Shown: positions 55,765 through 64,000 of the stretch, one piece after another
Layout of the letters: each line of letters starts with the position of its first letter
How positions within the stretch are numbered: position 1 is the stretch's first letter
Source of the DNA: Neophaeotheca triangularis
Taxonomy: Eukaryota
Reading direction: 5' to 3'
NCBI GenBank assembly: GCA_054600435.1
Contig: BAAIJX010000021.1
Location: 1 to 64,000 of the forward strand
DNA: 64,000 nucleotides
Program-made: the position numbers and the translations under genes
The notes under the pieces: generated by a model
What the model was told of the DNA's origin: nothing
What the model saw: the letters and a program-made list of their open reading frames with translations, nothing else
The model's database searches: none

Positions 55765-58700
55765 CTAGCCGGTCTCGGTCTCCACTCCCGGCCGCCTACC
55801 CTCCATGCTCCCAGTGAACTTTTTTTTGATACTCCTCAACCCAATCTTACCTTCGTCCTTTGCCCACTTGATGTTCCTCGCAGGTTTCCATTGCATCATG
55901 CCCCTGTGTTTACGCTCCTCGGCCTTGCGCTGCCTTTTGTCCTTCTCCTTTTGCGTCAGACCGGCATCGTCTTCAGTGTTGATCGTGTCGTTCGTGTGGC
56001 TCGTCGTGTCCGTACCACGAGTCCAACCGCTCTCCATGGTGCGCGTTGACTCCATTGACTTATTCCCAGACTGAGGTGAATTGGGACCGTAGCCGTCGGC
56101 GTTGTTGGCATCCGTGACGCCCAGGTCGGCCGAGCTATCACTCACTTCGTTTGCGGTCTCGTTTCCCGTGTCCTCGTTGGCAGGGTCCTCGTCGTGTGCC
56201 AACGGTTCGTCACGGCCGGGTTCCCGACGCTTCTTACCTCTGGAGTCCATGAACTTTGCAGGATCGTCACCGAAAGCCCCGCTCCAGTCGGTTCCAGACT
56301 TGCTCAGCCACTTTTGCTTGTCCTCCTCGCTGGCTCCCTTGAGAACGTCGCGACCTTGGGTCAAGCTCTGGTCGTGTAGGTCCTGCACACGCTCCGGCAA
56401 CTCCTTCTCCACCTTGTTGGTTCGTACACCCTCAGCAACGCAGCTCTCCCAAGTCTCAAATGTCTCGCGGGTGTTGTTGTCCGCGACGAAGTGCTCATGG
56501 CTCCGGTCCATACCAGGCTTGAAACGGCCGCTGAACTTCAGACGTCCTATCTCCTTGATATCCTCGAGACCCGGCTCCTTGCCCGCAGCCAGCACTTCCT
56601 CGCTGTAAAAGTTTTGAGTTATTCGCAATGGCGCCTTGGTCTGGTAGATTGGGAGGTCAAAGTCCATGTCTTCGTTGTCGATGAGCGTAGATAGCCACAA
56701 AACCGCGTAGGCATCGGCCTTTCTCCTGTTCTGCACGTGGAACTCAAACACAACGGGACTGCGGTAGCGGAATTTGACGGGTAGCTTGACCTCGTGTTTT
56801 TTCATGTCCCAGTAGTAGCCAGACCCCCCATCTGGCAAGGAATGGCAAGCCGTCCTAGAAAGCTTGCCGGTGGAGCCACCGGTGCGGAGCTTGATCTTGG
56901 CGTGGTGACGGTAGTCGTGGGCGGTAACGCGATCCGAAGAGAAGAGGAATGTACCGACACTCCAGCCGAGTTGTTTGGGAGGCAGACGCGTTTCGACAGA
57001 GCGGAAGAGCAAGCTGATGCGAACGCGACCAAAGCCAATTCCGCCGTCCAAAGGGTACCAGCGGGTTACCTGCGAAGACGTCTCAAGTATGTCTGAAAGC
57101 TTTAGCGGCACCACACCGAGGATGGGGTCGTGCTCGCGGTTGCGGTTGTCGCGGACAGTAACGGTGACGAGAGCGCTGCGCCAATCACGGACGAAGCGTT
57201 CTGTTCCAGCGTTGAAAATCGGCTGGCTGCTGACCGCTTTGGCTCGAGTGCGGTAGACAAGCTCATCGTTGTAGAGAATAGTGCAGTAAGAGGTGGGCAA
57301 GTCGCCACCTTGTTCTTGAGAAGTCTCGCCGAACGGCTTCGCAGGAGCGTACTCTTTGCCTTCTTTCCCTACAGGTGGGCCGTTCGACCCCTTGATGTTG
57401 TCGTATTCAAGATTCACAATCTGGTGGACCACAATTGAGCAGATGCCGGATGGCCACAGTGGATCGGGGGGCGTGTGCTGAACCGCGTCATCTTGCTCAG
57501 TATTCGCCTTGCCCTTCTCGTCTTGCAGCTCTGGCTTGTCCTCCAACTCTTTCGGAAGGGATCGATCCTTGCCATCGGTCCTCAGCGCTTCACGGAATTT
57601 GGGCTTTCCAAAGTATCCGACCTCCCAGTGCAATTCACCTGGCATTTCCGAGCCTTCAGCGTGGCCAGAAAGTTTGGAGACTTGTGGGTACATCTTGCCA
57701 GGGTGTTGGATCATCTTCTGCATGCTGAGTTCAACCTTGCCAACCATGTCGTCGGCGGTGTGCCTATCACTGTCCCAAAGCTCGACGGACAGGTTCTCAC
57801 CAGCTTTGATAAGCTCAGGGGTGACTAGCAGAGCTGCGGTTTCTTCCCAGATTGGGTTCAAGTCGTCACAGATGACACGAGTGCAGTACATCGGCTTCCC
57901 GTATTTGCTGAAAGAAAGGTTGATGTAAGGATCAGATCCGCCCCACTTGCTGCCACTGCTGTCCTGTTTCGAAAGTCCGACAGCCTTGTGGATGCGAATC
58001 CACATGACGCCCATGGCCTGTACGTCCTTTGTAATATCATCGCCTTGCAGCATAGCCCGCATGTCGAGGGACATGCTCTTTGGCGCAACATACATTGAAG
58101 CAGCGGCGCCAATGGCGTAGTTGACAAATTGTGAGATCAGAGGCAAGTTGAGGATGTTGACACCCTTCTCAACCATGGGTATGCAGCCAGCGCTTACGTG
58201 AGGCGTACCCATAAGAGTGAAAGTGAGGGTCTTCAAGAAAGGTGGGTCCGGTGTCATGCCCAGACGAAGACGTACAGTTCCAACCAAGGATTGAAGCTCC
58301 ACGAATATAGGCAACGGGACGCCGAAGAGCCCTTTGATGCCAAGATAGAATACCAGTCCCATGTGCATGTTCCGCGCCTTTTCGGATGCTCGCTTTCCGC
58401 TGGGTAGAGCATGGTAAGCGAAGCTGATCTCGATGTTGTAATAATCACCCCCCTCCTCGTCAGCGGCTGCTTCTTGAGGGTCTTTAGACTTTTTGTTCTC
58501 CTCGTGTATCGACTGTTTCATCTCCTTCATATGGTCGTCTGGCAGAGCTCGGATGGATAGGATTCGAAGTGGGTTGCTGCCCTGGTCGATCTCGGAAACA
58601 CGAACGTTTTCGATGATACCAGGCACGGAAGCCTGCATAACGTCTTCGAGGGTGTCGGCGACGCCTGCGAACATTTCCGGATTGATCAAGCCCCACACGA

Positions 58701-59567
58701 TTGCCAACATACTGTTAATCCACTCTACGGATTCGGGCAGAAGGTTGGCTGTAGCAGTCTCGCCGCGCGTTTTCTCCGAATCCCACTCAACTTCGCGTCC
58801 CGAACGTACAATCTCCTTGATCCATAGCCAGATGCCAGATGATATGCACGAAGCGAGAGGAATCAAACCGATGAATTTCCCTCCGAACGTCTTGCCCAGG
58901 ACAACGATGGCAAACCATATGCCAACGATCAAGTACAGCCCTCTCTGCTCCAAACTCTTAAACATGGGCTCATAGCTCGTGGATGGCGTAGGATGAAAGA
59001 GGATGTTCGTCTTCTCGCCATGAATGGGGACATCAGATGTACTGCCTTCGGTGACGGGGTCTGGTGGAGCGGTGACGTCCTGGTTGTGCTTGTATTCTGG
59101 GTTGCTTTGATCGGCCGACGTCTTCACCGGCGTGTCCTTGTTCAGGTTGGCGTTCGGTACGGAGAGAATGGGGTTGTCGACCTGGTCTAGGGTATCCTTC
59201 TTCACGTCTTCGATGACAACCTCGTGCCCGGTTGTGGGATCCGTCACCCTTTTCTGAGTACCCTCGACTCCCTTGCTCTCAGCTTCGTGAGGTACTACCT
59301 TCCCGCCGCTTTCGGTCTCGTATTTGCCAGCAGCTTTTGCCTTGTCGATTTCTTTGTCGCGCTGTTGCTTCTGCTTGTCGAGGCGGCTGACGAACTCGTT
59401 CACGGTAGGGACTGGAGGTCGAATTAGCAGTGAGTGGAGTTGCGTAGAGGGGCTTGCAACAACGTACTCTTGTTCTTGCCCGAGTAATGACCGCCCGGAG
59501 CATGTTGCTGCTGTTGGTGCTGCGCATCTTCGTAGGCGGTCGAAGTTGGGGGGTCGTCGTCTGCCAT
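55765..59567 (-). CDS. mug190: SMP/C2-domain membrane protein (Mug190/tricalbin-like); intron 59467-59412
   Basis: ATG at 59567; spliced GGHYSGKNKIPTVNEF. Two TM helices, PESVEWINSML, C2 domain GGSDPYINLSFSKYGKPMYCTRVICDDLNPIWEE..WDSDRHTADD, second C2 domain, RKHRGMMQWKPAR. Confidence 0.85.
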
Positions 59568-60210
59568 AGTTGTTGCACCTTGACCCTCTCGACGGGCAGG
59601 CCCTTTCACGAGGAGTTGACAGGTTTTGGGGTGGGTGGGAGGGAGAGGTAGAGAAGGGACGAGGGTTGCAGTTCGGCAGCGGTCTGGAAACAAGGAAGAA
59701 GAAGTAACAAGGTAAGGTAGGGGTCAGGAAGCTAAAGGTAAAGGTAAACCATACTAGTACCTGTAGGTAGTAGCAGGTACACCTACCTAGTAGTAGTATC
59801 CCGTGTGGTGTCAAGCGCTGCTGTGGCTGCTGTGGCTGCAGACGGGACACCTCATGGAGCTCTGCGCAACCAGATGACGTATTCAACTGCCCACAACCTG
59901 AGGTGAACCTCCACTGCCCTGACCTTGAAGACATTGCACCTGCAGTAACGAGAAATAGTGAATGACGGGTGATTACTCGATAAAGCACCAACATGTCTCT
60001 TCGATGCTCTGCAAACTCATGCCTGTAATGGTAATTCACCCTAGGAGGCATGGGTACAGTATCTGACAATCTGTTAGACTGTTGTATTCTGCTTGTTGGC
60101 TTGGGAGCTGGGGGATCCACAGATCGTCGGGACGTCGGGTAGATCTCTCTTCTGTTCTCGTCCAAGGCTCGTCAAGGTATTCGACTTCTCATCAATTCCC
60201 TCATCTCATC

Positions 60211-61496
60211 ATGTCCGGCTGGTTCACGTCCTTTCTAAACTGCAGACTATGCCGAGACGGCAATATCGTCGAGGGCGATCAGCTCGTCGTGTCCGATGAT
60301 ACCGGCGATATCTTGCACCGCACTGGATATATAGGCGGCGACGCCGTCGATCTCGAAGACGGCATCATTGCCCCTGGTTTCCTGGAAATTCAAACAAACG
60401 GCCTTCGAGGTTTCCATTTCACCCACTTCCAAGACGAATCGAGCTATGCAAGTAAGATCGATGAGGTAGCCAAATTCTTGCCTACCACTGGAGTCACCGG
60501 ATTCTACCCTACAGTCCCTACCATCGCGAGCAACGAGTTTCAACAGGTGAGCGACGTGATCCGTCAATCTATTTCCACACTCATGTGCTGACGTAGCGCC
60601 AGTAGATCCTCCCGTCTCTCGCCCCCAGATCAATATCGGATTCAGCTTCCCTTCTAGGAGCTCATGCTGAAGGGCCATACTTGGCTGAAAGCAAGAAAGG
60701 TGCCCACAATGCCGCGCTCTTTCAATCCCCAACCACATCTCCCGTAAATGTCTATGGCGATGCAGGAGCCTCCAACAAGGTTCTCAAGCTCGTCACTGTA
60801 GCCCCTGAGCTCAACGGTTCCGAAGCTCTGATCCGTGACCTCACCTCGAGAGGCATTCGCATCTCTCTAGGTCACTCCAATGCATCCTACAACCAAGGTG
60901 TTGCGGCGTTACAAGCAGGAGCAACCGGCCTCACCCACACCTTGAACGCCATGGCACCACTGCATCATCGAGACCCTGGCCTAGCTGGCCTAGTAACAGC
61001 CGCTCCCTCTTCCAGGATCAATAATCCATACTTCTCTCTGATAGCAGATGGCAACCATCTCCATCCTTCGGTCGCTACGATGCTGTTCCGCTCCAACCCG
61101 AGCAAATGCATCCTCACCACCGACTCTATAGAATTGGCAGGCCTCCCCGACGGCACATATCCCGGCCACAGCCAAATTCCCCACAACCAGACCAAGAAGA
61201 CGTCTAGTGATGGTTACGGCCGCGTCGTGATCGAAGGCACCGACACTCTGATTGGCGGCTGCGCTACACTGGATCAATGCGTTCGAAATCTCATGCAGTG
61301 GAGCGGTTGCAATGTCGCCGAAGCTGTCAAGTGTGTGACGGAGAACGTAGCCGATTTCATGGGCGAACAGAACAGAGGTAAGCTGGAGGCGGGGCGGAAG
61401 GCGGACTTTGTGGTATTGGATGACGATGCAAATGTGCTGCAGACGTGGGTGGCCGGTCTGAAGGTCTGGGACAAAGAGGAGTCGGGAGGCGATTAA
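60211..61496 (+). CDS. nagA: N-acetylglucosamine-6-phosphate deacetylase; intron 60547-60605
   Basis: IIAPGFLEIQTNG, TGVTGFYPT, LGAHAEGPYL..KKGAH, TVAPEL, SLGHSNA, THTLNAMAPLHHRDPG, IADGNHLHP, TDSI, GKLEAGRKADFVVLD. Confidence 0.92.
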
Positions 61497-61588
61497 TCGA
61501 GCGCATGTTGTTGACCTTGAGAGATGCAAACGGGCCCCTATCGCCCTAGTCGAATCGTAAGGCCCATCTCCCTTGTCCGTTTCAACAT

Positions 61589-63204
61589 CTATCGGGCCTG
61601 CCGGTTCAGAATCTCTCGACCGCTCATAGCCTCGTCTACCGGTCTTGTTCCAGCAACATAACCGCAGCACTTCTTTGGATATTGCATCACCGCCATAATC
61701 CTCTCATCGTCAGCGCAATGCACGTCCAGATACTCGCAAATTGCCGTACACTCCGTCACAGCACGCAAAGCCAGCCACCAAGGCGCAAAGCAAGCTTTGG
61801 CATAAAACAGCGCCAGGAGGACCAAAGCGACAGCGTCTTTTCGCTGCAGTAGCCCCACAAAAGTAGGTGAGAGCGTGTTGGGGAAGATGAGGAACCGCAT
61901 GGCCTCTACGCCCCGCAAATCTAAGTCAAGTAGCGATGTCAGGCAGCCCACGGGTGCGTAGTATGGGTTATTGTCAATTGTCGTTGTCTTGTCGAAGCCA
62001 CAGAGCTCGATTAAGTCAGAAGGTATAGCAGAAAGTCCTGGATGCTTTGGACCGGGGCCGATGCAACCGGGGCTCACAGCACCATCATTGCGATCATCGG
62101 AGAGTTGTGCATTCTCCAGTCGCTTGCGGACAATCTTCCACACCCTTTGCAGACCGCGTTGCATCGCGAGCCATTGAAGGTCGAGGCTCGGGCTTTCGCT
62201 CTTGCGCAGCGGCCAAGCTGACTCGATACGGTCGTCCGTCTCCACGGCGAAGATGACGGCAGCGGAGAGAAAGCCGGCAACGAGCCAGAGAGCCGTAGCA
62301 TGTCCTCTAAGACACCCTGCAGAGAGTTCTGAGTTGAATAGGCTGCTCGCCTGGGCCCAGTGGTAGCATTCGAATGCCGTGCGCTTCTGAGGTCCACGCT
62401 GCTTTAAATGGCGATCATGCATGGAAGCCAGCGTTTCCACGATGTGAAAGAGATAAGGGTGGGTACAGCAAAGCTCAAGCAGGTTGTGTCGCAATGCGAA
62501 CACCACGTGAGAGGCCCCGAAGCTCACTTCAAGGGTCCGGTTTTGGAAGTGATTCAGGAGCTCGAGTTCGCGCGTACCTATGCTCTTGAATGGTTGGTCT
62601 ATGGATAAGTAGTCGTCCCATCGTTGGTAGGCATTCTCCAAGGAGGCATTCAAGATACTCAGCATAGATTGGTTGGCCGAGGGAGAAAGTGGGAGCCATG
62701 CAGAACTTTCTGTGTCGCGATCCTTGGTGTCCCGAAGTGTCTGCACAGGGTATCTGTCGCTACCAACGGCCCTGGGACTGGATTGTCTCCTATCGATCAA
62801 GCGCCTAGAGTATTCAGTGATATCTTCTCGGCCTTGTGGCGGTCTCTGCGTCCGAGGAAGAACCTGCCACGTCGTATCGAACGTCTGCTCATACTGATAC
62901 TGAAGCGTCTTCGGTACGCTTTTGCCGTATACGCAGACCAGTCGCATATTCTGGCAGTTCTGACATGTCGGCTTCGTTTCATCACACTATACTTCGATAT
63001 TAACCGATGTATTCAATTCACGCAGGCCGACGATCGAGAATCCGTGTCGATTCTGTACCCACCGGAGGGGGATATAATGAGTAAACGTACCTTGACGCCT
63101 CTTCCCTTACAGCTTCCGCATCCATTTCGCGACTTATGATGTCTCTTTCTCTTCCTTGCTAAGTCATCAGCCTCGCGCGCAGGCTGCGAACGCTTGGGTC
63201 CCAT
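61589..63204 (-). CDS. Zn(II)2Cys6 transcription factor (Upc2-like); intron 63090-62987
   Basis: Spliced [40 protein letters not shown]. Middle homology region RELELLNHF..HPYLFH..LASMHDRH; FVGLLQRKDAVALVLLALFYA..WWL..RA..ECTAIC. Confidence 0.85.
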
Positions 63205-63625
63205 TGCGAGTGGACAGGCTCCGGTGACTCCGGTTGTGTAAAGATGGAGTGGGTCAGTGGCCTTCAATGAAGTGGCGGTGCGAGAGCATGCTTACATACT
63301 AACTCTCGGTGCTCGATCAGAAGCAGCCCGCTGCATGAGGTACGTACAGTAGCTACCTGGGCACATTGTGATTGTTGGCACACTGTGATTGTTAGAATGC
63401 AAGCGAGTCTCTAGGAATCCGATAAGTCGGAGTAATTCGATTAAGTACGCTTCAAAGCACGTGTTATGGGTATTGTACAGCTTATGGCTTGGTTACAGCA
63501 ACGCAGAGCGACACCCACAAGCCACGTCCTCGCCGATATCTCGCATGCTGGATAGCGCGCAAAGCAGCCCGTACGAAGATATGATGTTCGTCCCTCGGTA
63601 GCAACACGAACATGCAACTCTTCAC

Positions 63626-64000
63626 TCACTTCTTCGCCTTCCCCTTGCCCTTAGCGGCTCCTGTTGCTGCCTTGCCTCGCCCCTTCTTTGGCTTGACATC
63701 CTCCTCCTCGCTCGCATCTTCCATTTCCTCATCGCTGTCGTCCTTCGCCTTGCCTTTCCCTTTTGGCTTAGCAGCTGCCTTGCCCTTACCCTTCGGTGCA
63801 GCAGCAGCCCTCTTCTTTTTGGGCGCCTTGACATACTTGTCCTTGGTGAGGTCGTCTTCTTTGGCTTGCTCCTTAGCCTCCTTTTCTGGGTCAGCAGCAG
63901 CTTCGTCGTCAGACTCGTCGAGGGCTTCTTCGAGGTCAGGCTTGACTTTCGGCGCCGCTGTGGGAGCCACGACTTGGCTGGACTTGATGAAGGGAAGCGG
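63626..64000 (-). CDS. RFC1: 3' end of replication factor C subunit 1 (gene continues beyond the window)
   Basis: Frame is open to the window edge: PLPFIKSSQVVAP..KPDLEEALDESDDE..DLTKDKYVK plus a Lys-rich tail, matching the fungal Rfc1 C-terminal pattern. Confidence 0.75.
   Translation of the reverse strand, partial: PLPFIKSSQVVAPTAAPKVKPDLEEALDESDDEAAADPEKEAKEQAKEDDLTKDKYVKAPKKKRAAAAPKGKGKAAAKPKGKGKAKDDSDEEMEDASEEEDVKPKKGRGKAATGAAKGKGKAKK

Noticed and set aside
59568..60165. N-terminal ~250 aa of the 1466-aa ORF
   Set aside because: Fortuitous open frame through the promoter, 5' UTR and first intron. The real start is ATG 59567 in another frame, joined by a 56-nt intron.
60211..61496. nagA as part of the GAG/amino-sugar cluster
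   Set aside because: It lies 50 kb from agd3 with many housekeeping genes between; no evidence of a functional link.

Overview
Eukaryotic window from a filamentous ascomycete (Pezizomycotina; tentatively Dothideomycete-like). It has about 19 protein genes, many with GT-AG introns that I reconstructed by hand, so several calls differ from the raw ORF track. From left to right: a terminal poly-T tract and (GT)n repeat; three galactosaminogalactan (GAG) pathway genes (uge3, ega3, agd3), with no sph3 or gtb3 in the window; a CUE/Smr protein; a secreted repeat protein with dibasic sites, divergent from a four-exon UstYa/DUF3328 oxidase; a MARVEL-like membrane protein; KCH1; an orphan membrane protein with Pol II CTD-like heptads; an MFS transporter; HP1/Swi6 divergent from CCT5; an 11-exon CCCH/CHY zinc-finger gene with an 8-nt microexon; an Mks1-like DUF1752/DUF3295 protein; a MAM3-like CNNM protein; an orphan with three Pro-flanked NLLGG cores; a candidate PP1-docking protein; a methyltransferase-like protein; a Mug190-like C2 protein; NagA; a Zn2Cys6 transcription factor; and the 3' end of RFC1. 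The strongest novelty candidate is the precursor-like gene plus DUF3328 pair, which looks like a minimal fungal RiPP locus whose core motif does not match the dikaritins I know. I recognised no rRNA, tRNA, CRISPR array or intact transposon. All family calls come from motif recognition, not database searches.
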